The notes under the pieces: generated by a model
Database searches by the model: none
What the model was told of the DNA's origin: nothing
What the model saw: the letters and a program-made list of their open reading frames with translations, nothing else
Part shown: positions 18,605 through 26,990 of the stretch, one piece after another
Numbering within the stretch: the first letter of the stretch is position 1
Layout of the letters: the number at the start of each line of letters is the position of its first letter
Position numbers and translations under genes: made by a program
Source of the DNA: a virus
Length of the DNA stretch: 64,000 bases
Reading direction: 5' to 3' (one strand)
IMG/VR virus record: IMGVR_UViG_3300013114_000098

Positions 18605-18641
18605 AAAAATCCTTATAAATCAATGACTTACAAGGATTTTT
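18605..18641. promoter_or_regulatory. IHF-consensus site inside an inverted repeat
   Basis: AATCAATGACTTA (WATCAANNNNTTR) at 18618-18630, between AAAAATCCTT and AAGGATTTTT. Confidence 0.55.
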
Positions 18642-18654
18642 AATTTTTTTTGAA

Positions 18655-18692
18655 AATAATACCCGAAAATCGTTAAATTATCGGGTATTTTT
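18655..18692 (-). terminator. Terminator after the sbmA-like gene
   Basis: aatacccga...tcgggtatt inverted repeat with T-rich flank. Confidence 0.55.
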
Positions 18693-18694
18693 GG

Positions 18695-19669
18695 TTATTC
18701 CATTTTTTTGATCTTGTCTTCAAATTCACGTAAACGTTTGTATACACTAGCCAACTCAATAATAGTAGGCCATGCTTTAAACAAATATTGAAGTGATCCT
18801 TCAACACGTCCGAATGCACGTAAAATCTGTTGCATTACACCTAAAGTCATAACTCCTGCAATAATTGCAGGTGCTAAGAAGATGTATCCTGCTAACACGT
18901 TAGCCTGCAAGTATGCAAGTCGTCCTATGTTAAAATACAAATATCTTAAATAACTCTTATAATGAATTTTTCTTACACCATCAAACAGCTCTTCTAAAGA
19001 CTTTGGTCTTGTAGTTCCATCGTCCTCTGCAATAACAAGTATTTTTCGATAAGCCGCTTCTTTCTTCTGTAGATCATATTCAATGCCTACAAGTCTTAGT
19101 AACCATGCTAGTACAATCATTAAAACTGTACCACCTACAGCCCAAATGAGTGCACCAGATACTAATCCATATTCCCAATCGCCGAACCATAATATTGGAA
19201 TACCAACACTTAGACCCATTAATAGTGGGAAGAATTCTACAAGTACCATGACACTCTCAATTAAAGCAGTGCCGAGTCCTTCCATAATTCTACTGAATTT
19301 TATTGTATCTTCTTGTACACGTTGAGCCGCACCTTCAATAGTACGTGCTTTATCGTATACAGCATGATACCATTCAACCATACTGGCACGCCAACGGAAT
19401 AAAAAGTGTGCAGTTAAGAAGCTGGTAGCTAATCCTAACACAATCCATAACACCGCTAACTTACCGAAACTGGCTAAACTTCCCCAATAGTCGGCCGCTG
19501 TAATAGCATTTGGGGATCCTAATGCTGTTTGAATCATATCATAGAAACCGCCAAACCAATGGTTAATTTGAACATCGATTTGAACTGATAACCATAAAGA
19601 TGATAAAATTACGGCTGAACCAAGATAGGCCCAAAGAGCCCATTTCTTAGATTTGAAAAAATTAAACAT
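18695..19669 (-). CDS. sbmA: SbmA/BacA-family peptide transporter
   Basis: DVQIN.W.G.FYDMIQ.AL, H.LFRWR.SM, IEGAAQRVQEDT..F, Q..EAAYRK.LV..EDD, AFGRV.GS.QYL...WPTIIEL.S.YKRL..FE. Confidence 0.9.
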   Translation of the reverse strand: MFNFFKSKKWALWAYLGSAVILSSLWLSVQIDVQINHWFGGFYDMIQTALGSPNAITAADYWGSLASFGKLAVLWIVLGLATSFLTAHFLFRWRASMVEWYHAVYDKARTIEGAAQRVQEDTIKFSRIMEGLGTALIESVMVLVEFFPLLMGLSVGIPILWFGDWEYGLVSGALIWAVGGTVLMIVLAWLLRLVGIEYDLQKKEAAYRKILVIAEDDGTTRPKSLEELFDGVRKIHYKSYLRYLYFNIGRLAYLQANVLAGYIFLAPAIIAGVMTLGVMQQILRAFGRVEGSLQYLFKAWPTIIELASVYKRLREFEDKIKKME

Positions 19670-19750
19670 AATATTTTCCTTATATAATGCAGAGTTACTA
19701 ATAATGTTATCTCAGTTCGTACTCTATATCAGCGTTAACTGCATACATAA

Positions 19751-19797
19751 CTATTTAGCCTATATAAGAATATATAATGATAAAGAAGGATAAATAC
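19751..19797. promoter_or_regulatory. Back-to-back late promoters
   Basis: GCTAAATAG (minus, 19751-19759) and GATAAATAC (plus, 19789-19797). Confidence 0.65.
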
Positions 19798-19817
19798 AAT
19801 ATAACAAGGAAAACCAC

Positions 19818-20885
19818 ATGCCAAGACTAAGTTTATATAAAGGTTATAAAAGTAACGACTATACATTTATGGATAGAGCTATCCGTGAACAATTTGATAT
19901 AGGCGGAACAGGTGTTCATGTACATAAGTACCTAGGACCTTTACCACAATCAAAAAATACAGATGCAAGTGAACCAAACTATGGCAGTGGTTTAGAAATA
20001 GATAACATAACTGGTGAAGAAATTAATCCAGAAGGATTAATTGATGAAACTAATGTACAAGACCTATTGTTTATGGAAAATAGAGATCGTAAATACGATC
20101 CAGATATTTTTGATTTACGTGGTGTATATAATGTAAGTGATAACGACTTTGATTTAACACAATTTGGTTTGTTTTTAACAAACGATACATTGTTTATTAG
20201 TTTTCATATTAACGATATGGTAGAGAGATTAGGTCGTAGACTTATGCCCGGTGATGTAATAGAATTACCACATTTACGTGATGAGTTATTACTTACTAAT
20301 GACAAAGAAGCTATTAATAAGTTTTATGTAGTACAAGATGCCGCTAGGGGAAGTGAAGGTTTTTCCCAAACATGGTATCCACATATTTGGCGTGTTAAAG
20401 TAGCACCATTAACAGATACACAAGAATACGCAGATATACTTGGTACTGCTAGTGATCCAGATAGTCTTAAAAACGATCTTAGTTCTTATAAAACAGAACT
20501 TAATATTAGTAATGCTATTGTAAGAAGTGCAGAAGAAGCTAATCCAAATAATTTACCGTTAGCAGATCATTTATTTGGTCAAGAAGATACTAGCAAAACA
20601 TATGAACACGGTGAAGTATTACAACAAGGTGATCAGTTTCCTACAGAACCAAACGAAGGTGAGTATTTTGTAAGAACAGATTTTACTCCTAATAGATTAT
20701 TTGTAAGACGTGGAAGTAAATGGCATAGACTATATGATAATATTACTGATCAAACTTGGAGTGATACAACATATAATGCTAGTCAATTTATTAACAATGA
20801 TGCTACAACAATTATTGACAATAAAGAAGTTCCAGAAAAACAACCTCTATCTAAAGTTATTAAACCAAAAAGTGATTTTGAATAA
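19818..20885 (+). CDS. gp14: Neck/head closure protein
   Basis: DLTQFGLFL, MPGDVIELPH; precedes the gp15-like gene. Confidence 0.75.
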   Translation: MPRLSLYKGYKSNDYTFMDRAIREQFDIGGTGVHVHKYLGPLPQSKNTDASEPNYGSGLEIDNITGEEINPEGLIDETNVQDLLFMENRDRKYDPDIFDLRGVYNVSDNDFDLTQFGLFLTNDTLFISFHINDMVERLGRRLMPGDVIELPHLRDELLLTNDKEAINKFYVVQDAARGSEGFSQTWYPHIWRVKVAPLTDTQEYADILGTASDPDSLKNDLSSYKTELNISNAIVRSAEEANPNNLPLADHLFGQEDTSKTYEHGEVLQQGDQFPTEPNEGEYFVRTDFTPNRLFVRRGSKWHRLYDNITDQTWSDTTYNASQFINNDATTIIDNKEVPEKQPLSKVIKPKSDFE

Positions 20886-22243
20886 TGGCACAACAATATT
20901 TTTACGATAAACAAATTCGCAGATACATTCAACAGTTTATAAGACTGTTTAGTGGATTTAGTGTACAAATGGGAAAGAACGATAATGATCTCCCCATATA
21001 CCAACAAGTACCTGTACGTTATGGTGACATTAATCGTATGGCGGCACACATAACAAGAGAGAACAGTGAGAACATTGTTAATACTGTTCCATTTATAAGT
21101 TGTTATGTAACATCATTAGATATGTTTGCTGAAAGACGAACATATCAAGATCATGTTGATAAAGTACAAGTCAATGAAAAGAAATATGATGAAACTACTG
21201 GAAAATATACTAACGAACTAGGCAACCAATATACTGTTGAAAGATACGCACCTGTTCCTTATATGTTAGTAATGAACTGTGATATTTGGACATCAAATAC
21301 AGATCAAAAGTTACAATTAATGGAACAAATCTTAGTATTGTTTAATCCAACATTAGATATTAGAACTAACAACAGTCCAGTTGATTGGACTGCTTTAAGT
21401 CATGTAGAATTAACAAATACATCATGGAGTACTAGAAGTGTAGGATCAAGCATTGATGATATTATTGATGTAGCCACATTAACTTTTAATATTCCAGTGT
21501 ATATTACTCCTCCTGCAAAATTAAAACAGCAAAAACTTATTCATACTATTATTAGTGAATTATATAGTTTAGATGATGTTGACTTAGAAAACTTTAAAGA
21601 AAATAAAACATTTGATACATCAACATTAAAATATACTGTTGTAACATACAAAGATAAAAAAGCAAAATATCTAAATGGTAATTTACAAATACTAAATGAC
21701 AAGGGAACAAATCTAGACGACGATGGAGTAGTATTAGAATGGGATAAAGTATTGTTACCATTTGGTGTATTAAGAAATGGAATAAGTCAATTAAGACTTA
21801 GAAAAGGTAGTGATATAGATGATGATTCAAACGATATAATTGGAAGACTAGAAGAACACCCATCTGATCCTAACCTTCTTAAAGTTACAATAGACAATTC
21901 AACATTACCAACAAATACACTAACGGCCATTGATGCTGTTGTAGATCCTGCTAAAAATTATCCAGGTGATGGAAGTGTTCCAGCCGCAGTTACAGGGCAA
22001 CGTTATATTATATTAAACAATGCTCCTATAAATGCTTTATGGACTAGCGTAGTTGCTAACAAAAATGATATTATAGAATACAACGGTTCAACTTGGACTG
22101 TTAGTTTTGATAGCTCTACAATAAGTGATACACAATACGTAACAAATGTTTCATCCGATGACCAACTTGAATGGAATAGCAAAGAATGGATTAACAGTTA
22201 TGAAGGCATATATAATTCAGGTTACTGGCGAATATATCTCTAA
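20885..22243 (+). CDS. gp15: Tail terminator / sheath stabiliser
   Basis: YFYDKQIRRY..QF.RLF, VPVRYG, PVPY, QLMEQILVLFNP. Confidence 0.85.
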   Translation: MAQQYFYDKQIRRYIQQFIRLFSGFSVQMGKNDNDLPIYQQVPVRYGDINRMAAHITRENSENIVNTVPFISCYVTSLDMFAERRTYQDHVDKVQVNEKKYDETTGKYTNELGNQYTVERYAPVPYMLVMNCDIWTSNTDQKLQLMEQILVLFNPTLDIRTNNSPVDWTALSHVELTNTSWSTRSVGSSIDDIIDVATLTFNIPVYITPPAKLKQQKLIHTIISELYSLDDVDLENFKENKTFDTSTLKYTVVTYKDKKAKYLNGNLQILNDKGTNLDDDGVVLEWDKVLLPFGVLRNGISQLRLRKGSDIDDDSNDIIGRLEEHPSDPNLLKVTIDNSTLPTNTLTAIDAVVDPAKNYPGDGSVPAAVTGQRYIILNNAPINALWTSVVANKNDIIEYNGSTWTVSFDSSTISDTQYVTNVSSDDQLEWNSKEWINSYEGIYNSGYWRIYL

Positions 22244-22252
22244 TTTTTTAAT

Positions 22253-22684
22253 ATGATAATAGCGAGCGGTTGCATTTTTTTAAGCATAGACACTGGCAGA
22301 GTAATGCTACAGCAAAGAAGTGGTGCAGTTAATCATCCTAGAACGTGGGGATTTTTTGGTGGTAAGGGTGAAGAAAATGAACGACCTATTGAAACTTTAT
22401 ATAGAGAAATGGAAGAAGAAATAGGATTAGTACCTTCTATTGATAAAGTTATTCCTATAAACAAATTTACTAGCCCTAATAAAAAATTTATATATAATAG
22501 CTTCGTTGTTACTGTAGATGATGAATTTATTCCTGTACTTAATAACGAAAGCGATGGCTACTGTTGGGTTAAAATAGGAAATTGGCCTAGACCATTACAC
22601 CCTGGTGCAAAAATACAATTTAATTCAAAACAGTTTGTTAAAAAACTTAAAACTGTACACGCACAACAAATAAAGAAAAAATAA
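22253..22684 (+). CDS. NUDIX hydrolase
   Basis: GGKGEENERPIETLYREMEEEIG Nudix box. Confidence 0.9.
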   Translation: MIIASGCIFLSIDTGRVMLQQRSGAVNHPRTWGFFGGKGEENERPIETLYREMEEEIGLVPSIDKVIPINKFTSPNKKFIYNSFVVTVDDEFIPVLNNESDGYCWVKIGNWPRPLHPGAKIQFNSKQFVKKLKTVHAQQIKKK

Positions 22685-22685
22685 T

Positions 22686-22961
22686 TTAATTATTTTCTTT
22701 CATAAAGACTTTATATTCTTCAACTTTATCTTTGTTTAAACATGCAAGTCTAACTAATGAAACTGGTTTATTTTTAATTACATCTTCAAATTCTTGCAAT
22801 ACTTCTATTTTATGTTCTTTTCCAAACGTTGGATCAGATATCATTGACAAGCACGAAGATGCACTTGGATATAAACTATCCTCATTAATATGATATAAGT
22901 ATTGGTATTTGTTTGTGCTACTGTTGAACATCACTATCATAGCGATAATAAAATAATTCAT
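22686..22961 (-). CDS. Small hypothetical protein with hydrophobic N-terminus
   Basis: 91 aa, abuts the upstream gene; possible signal or anchor sequence. Confidence 0.6.
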   Translation of the reverse strand: MNYFIIAMIVMFNSSTNKYQYLYHINEDSLYPSASSCLSMISDPTFGKEHKIEVLQEFEDVIKNKPVSLVRLACLNKDKVEEYKVFMKENN

Positions 22962-24050
22962 TTACTCAGTTATTCGCTTTTTCATACTAGCAACAAACTG
23001 TTCACGTAACCATTCATAATCATTAATTTTATTTAATTCTTCTGGGTTATCTTTATGTTCTATACCGTATGCTTTACCTTCTAATGCACCTTTAATACAA
23101 TAACGTCCAAAACGTCCACCATTATCAATTGTACACCATGCTTCTAATCTTGCATCTGTTTCTTCTTGTTTTTGGTTAGGGTTTACAGAACTTGCTAACT
23201 TAACACATTCACGAAATGCACTACGCCATGTTCTATATGGATCTTTATTAAATCGAGTAATATTTGATATATCACTTACTGGTTGATAAAATGCTGAACC
23301 TGTTGTATAATCTGGCAATTCATGTCCTAATGAAAGTAATTGTTCTTTTGGAAATAACTTAACACCACCATAACCATATTCTAAATCGTTAATTGGGTTT
23401 CTTGCACTCCATACAAAAGTTGTATTTTTTCTACTACTCATTGGTGGAATATAATCAAAACTAAAATGTCCTGTTATATCTGCATCAGCGTCAACAATAT
23501 AAACCATTTCTGTTTTTGCTAATTCACCTGCACGTTTATGTGCATTGCCAATACCTTCAACATTTTTTACGTGTTGAGCATCTTTAAATCTATTTCTTAA
23601 TTTTTGGAAATTTTCATCTGCTTCAGCTTCATGAAAACTAATCATGAATACATCAAATTCTGCTACATGATAACTTGATACAAGTTTGTTTTGTACTGTT
23701 CCATGTGACATACTGTTTGTAGGAACTAATTGAATGTCTCCCCAACTAACTGGTCTGTTAGTTCGTTTAACTACTCTAGGAAATGTATGAATAAAATTCT
23801 TACCCATATCACTAGGTCTATATTGCCATGAAAACGTTGGATTTACTTCAATTTCATCAAATACTATCCAAGCCATATCATGTTCATCTTTATATTTAGA
23901 TGCTAACTCTAGTAACGCTTCTTCGTCCGTTAATTTTATAGGTGTTTTAATAATTGGATATGAATCAAACATAAACTTTTTCAATCTATCCCAAGGTGTT
24001 ACAACACTTTGTCCTTGGAAATCTTTTCTTGTATTAATTAAATTAATCAT
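22962..24050 (-). CDS. GT-A-fold glycosyltransferase-like protein with a duplicated domain
   Basis: DVFMISFHE...YIVDADA (DxD)...NPINDLEYGYGGVKLFP...WRSAFRECVKL; start at MINLIN. Confidence 0.7.
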   Translation of the reverse strand: MINLINTRKDFQGQSVVTPWDRLKKFMFDSYPIIKTPIKLTDEEALLELASKYKDEHDMAWIVFDEIEVNPTFSWQYRPSDMGKNFIHTFPRVVKRTNRPVSWGDIQLVPTNSMSHGTVQNKLVSSYHVAEFDVFMISFHEAEADENFQKLRNRFKDAQHVKNVEGIGNAHKRAGELAKTEMVYIVDADADITGHFSFDYIPPMSSRKNTTFVWSARNPINDLEYGYGGVKLFPKEQLLSLGHELPDYTTGSAFYQPVSDISNITRFNKDPYRTWRSAFRECVKLASSVNPNQKQEETDARLEAWCTIDNGGRFGRYCIKGALEGKAYGIEHKDNPEELNKINDYEWLREQFVASMKKRITE

Positions 24051-24693
24051 TGCAATCGTCCTTAATTGTATATGCACGTGTTCCTATGTGTGCAATTCTG
24101 TCACTTAACTCGTGACTAATATTTACTTCGTATCCATTGTCGTTAGCAAGGCTACAAAAGTATATATCTTCTCCTACTAAATTAGTATAATCTTTGCTAT
24201 ACTCAATCTTGTAATGAGGTCGAGAAATATTTTCGTATACTTCTCTTTTAACTAACATCATTCCACTTCCTACTGCCCAAACTTTTTCAATTCCTTTTCC
24301 TGAAAAAACTCTACTATCTAAATCATTTTTACTTTTAAAGGCAACCGGCCTATGTGGTGGAACTCTTGTTGAATAATTTCCTGCTATAATGTCTTTATCA
24401 GCTGCCAATAATATATTTAATGTATCTACTGGAAACTGCATATCTGCATCTATCCACATTATATGTGTGCATTTTGTATCTAGTGCTTGATCAACTAACT
24501 GTTGTCTTTGCATTGCTACTTCACTGCCCATATTAAAATGCAATGAAGTTATGAGTCCAGTTTCACCACACTTTTTTTGAAGCATGGCTAAACTGTACGC
24601 AAAAACCGCTGTAACTTGATTCTGCACAGGAACACAAATTGCTACATCTGCGGAATTATTCTTTTTATAATAATGGTTTGTTGTACTGACCAT
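24043..24693 (-). CDS. GT2-like glycosyltransferase
   Basis: VAICVP, HIMWIDADM, GSGMMLVKREVY, GEDIYFC, HIG. Confidence 0.8.
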   Translation of the reverse strand: MVSTTNHYYKKNNSADVAICVPVQNQVTAVFAYSLAMLQKKCGETGLITSLHFNMGSEVAMQRQQLVDQALDTKCTHIMWIDADMQFPVDTLNILLAADKDIIAGNYSTRVPPHRPVAFKSKNDLDSRVFSGKGIEKVWAVGSGMMLVKREVYENISRPHYKIEYSKDYTNLVGEDIYFCSLANDNGYEVNISHELSDRIAHIGTRAYTIKDDCND

Positions 24694-24696
24694 TAA

Positions 24697-25119
24697 TTAC
24701 TTTTCAGAAGCGAGTTCTGATTGTAGTTCTGCTTCAATTTGCTGAACTTCGTAATTAAGTTGTTTAGCTATTGATGTAGCCGATTTAACACATGCGGCAA
24801 ACGCCTCATCTTCTAAGGCTACCATGTAATTCATGTGTTCTGGTTGTACTTTACCAATTGTTAAAATATCAATCGCCGCTAATTTTGCTAAACGATTTAC
24901 CCAATATTCTTCTTCTGAAGAATCAATATCAGCCAATAATGCGTCTACATCATGTTCTGCACTAAAGTCTTTATAAATATCTTCTAGAATTTGAAGATCA
25001 GGGTGTTTTTGTTCTCGAGCCTGCATAAGCTCTTGGGTTAATACTTGTGCTTTCCTCGCTGGTGTTGGGTGAGCGCCAAGTACAAACGTTTCAATTTCAA
25101 AACGTGTTCTAATACTCAT
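24697..25119 (-). CDS. Hypothetical protein
   Basis: 140 aa, AGGAG RBS, late promoter at 25183-25191. Confidence 0.75.
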   Translation of the reverse strand: MSIRTRFEIETFVLGAHPTPARKAQVLTQELMQAREQKHPDLQILEDIYKDFSAEHDVDALLADIDSSEEEYWVNRLAKLAAIDILTIGKVQPEHMNYMVALEDEAFAACVKSATSIAKQLNYEVQQIEAELQSELASEK

Positions 25120-25159
25120 TGTATATTTTCTCCTGTGTCTTTATTTTATTGTATAATAA

Positions 25160-25182
25160 CAACGCTGTCATTGACAGCGTTG
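25160..25182. terminator. Hairpin, probable terminator
   Basis: caacgctgtca-t-tgacagcgttg. Confidence 0.6.
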
Positions 25183-25210
25183 CTATTTATGTTATTCGTA
25201 TGACTAACTA

Positions 25211-25396
25211 TTAACCGTCTGCTCCAGTCGGATTAGGATTCTGCCATCCACCGAAAGTTGCTGATAATTTAATATTTGTTGTTACTGATGGTGAAATGTA
25301 GTTACCAAGTGTACTCATAGAAATTGTTCCACTAAGTCCAAAGTAGTTACGTACTTGTCCCATTGTAATAGTTGCGCCTGTTGCTGGTAATGCCAT
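25211..25396 (-). CDS. Small tail-fibre-associated protein
   Basis: MALPATGATITMGQVRNYFG resembles fibre-tip adaptor N-termini; AAGGAG RBS; late promoter at 25453-25461. Confidence 0.65.
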   Translation of the reverse strand: MALPATGATITMGQVRNYFGLSGTISMSTLGNYISPSVTTNIKLSATFGGWQNPNPTGADG

Positions 25397-25490
25397 AATT
25401 TGACTCCTTGCGTGTAATTATCGATAAATGCACTGCATATTGCATTGCAATTATATTTATCTAAATGCCCTCAGAGCATATAGTAGTATA

Positions 25491-26606
25491 TTATTCTTTA
25501 TTTTGGTTTTCTTTTAAGTCTGTTAGTTGTTTTTGTAAACCTTCTATAATTCCTTGTTGCTCTTTAATTGCTTCAATTAATAAACCTGTTATATTTCCAT
25601 ATGCTACAGATTTCATTCCTTCGCTATCAGTATGAACTACTTCTGGAAAAAATTCTTCTACTTCTTGTGCTATAACACCTGTACTATGTCTTCCATCTTT
25701 CTCAAAGTTTACACCTCTTAAACAATTAACTAGATCTATAGGATTATTAATTGTTTCTATATTTCTTTTTAATCTCTTATCTGAGTATGCTGTAATATCA
25801 CCAGTCGCTGTAAAACTACCAGTGTATGAACCACTCATTTCAAATTCTGTAGTATTTAATGTTAGTCCATTACCTGCTGTATATGTTGTGTTGCCTGTGT
25901 CAACATAGTTACTAGCATGAATAGTTCCAGCAGATGCGGCTGTCCAATCTATATGTTCGTTAGCAACAAAATCTGAAAATCCATCATGTGTTAATGCTGA
26001 AATTGCTGATGTACGTGCTGTTGTTTCTGCACCAATTAAATTAGTTATTGTTGTACTGAAATTAGCATCATCGCCTAACGCCGCGGCTAATTCATTTAAT
26101 GTATCCAATGCACCTGGTGCTGAATCTATCAATGCATCAATTTTTAATTGTGCTCTAGCATCTGCTCTAGCATTAGTAAAATATAAATTACTTGCTTCTG
26201 CTATATCATCTGTGTCTAAAGATCCTGTTCCTGATGTTACTGCTGAATTTACATATGCTTCATATGCAGTTGTAATTGAGGCTGTTTGTGCTGTATCTGC
26301 CGCCGCAAATTCTGTACGAATTAACGCACGATCTGTTGTAGCTGCCGCTGTTATAGTTGAAAGTGCTGATACTGCTCTAGCGTCTGTAAAGAATATGTTA
26401 GTTGAGCCTTCTGTTAAGTTATCTGTGTTTATTGATGATTCCATAGCATCTTGTACAACTACATTTTTTAATGTAATCGTGCCGCCACTATGCGTTAACA
26501 CATCTACGCCATTAATTTGTAACTTATCTAGATCACTACTAGTTGAAATACCCGCACCAGCGTCTGTATCTGATATTACTTTATCTGTTCCTATATAGAA
26601 AGCCAT
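25491..26606 (-). CDS. Tail fibre with peptidase S74 intramolecular chaperone
   Basis: GDITAYSDKRLKRNI...GVIAQEV...KSVAYGN...LIEAIKE. Confidence 0.85.
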   Translation of the reverse strand: MAFYIGTDKVISDTDAGAGISTSSDLDKLQINGVDVLTHSGGTITLKNVVVQDAMESSINTDNLTEGSTNIFFTDARAVSALSTITAAATTDRALIRTEFAAADTAQTASITTAYEAYVNSAVTSGTGSLDTDDIAEASNLYFTNARADARAQLKIDALIDSAPGALDTLNELAAALGDDANFSTTITNLIGAETTARTSAISALTHDGFSDFVANEHIDWTAASAGTIHASNYVDTGNTTYTAGNGLTLNTTEFEMSGSYTGSFTATGDITAYSDKRLKRNIETINNPIDLVNCLRGVNFEKDGRHSTGVIAQEVEEFFPEVVHTDSEGMKSVAYGNITGLLIEAIKEQQGIIEGLQKQLTDLKENQNKE

Positions 26607-26648
26607 AACTTTTCTCCATTGTTATTAATGTATTTATCATAAATTATA

Positions 26649-26990
26649 TTAATATCCAGGAGATTCAACCCAGCCTAGACTGTTATCACCTTGATAAACT
26701 GATTCAACCCAAACATAAGTTTTACCATCTGTTGGATATGTTATAGGTGGTTGCCAATCATGATTATCATCTAATGTCCATGAATCATGTGGCTGAGGCC
26801 TAACAAATACTTCATTTGTTTTATCCCAAGTAAAGCCTATATCGGCTTTTTGTTTTCTAAAGTTATTATTATAACTATATTGTACCCAACGAAACTCATC
26901 ACCTCTTACACCAGTGTTAATAAAATCTTTTTCAGCAACGATTAGTTCTGTGACAATATTGTTATTATCTATTTTTGCAAAATGTGACAT
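26649..26990 (-). CDS. Tail-fibre accessory hypothetical protein
   Basis: MSHFAKIDNNNIV...W.Q.SYNNNFRK..A.IG...PQP..SW, typical downstream of Gly-rich fibre genes. Confidence 0.65.
   Translation of the reverse strand: MSHFAKIDNNNIVTELIVAEKDFINTGVRGDEFRWVQYSYNNNFRKQKADIGFTWDKTNEVFVRPQPHDSWTLDDNHDWQPPITYPTDGKTYVWVESVYQGDNSLGWVESPGY

Noticed and set aside
19700-19735. CTGA...GAA in the sbmA leader as a hammerhead ribozyme or TPP riboswitch
   Set aside because: The CUGANGA/GAAA core and the TPP consensus are incomplete
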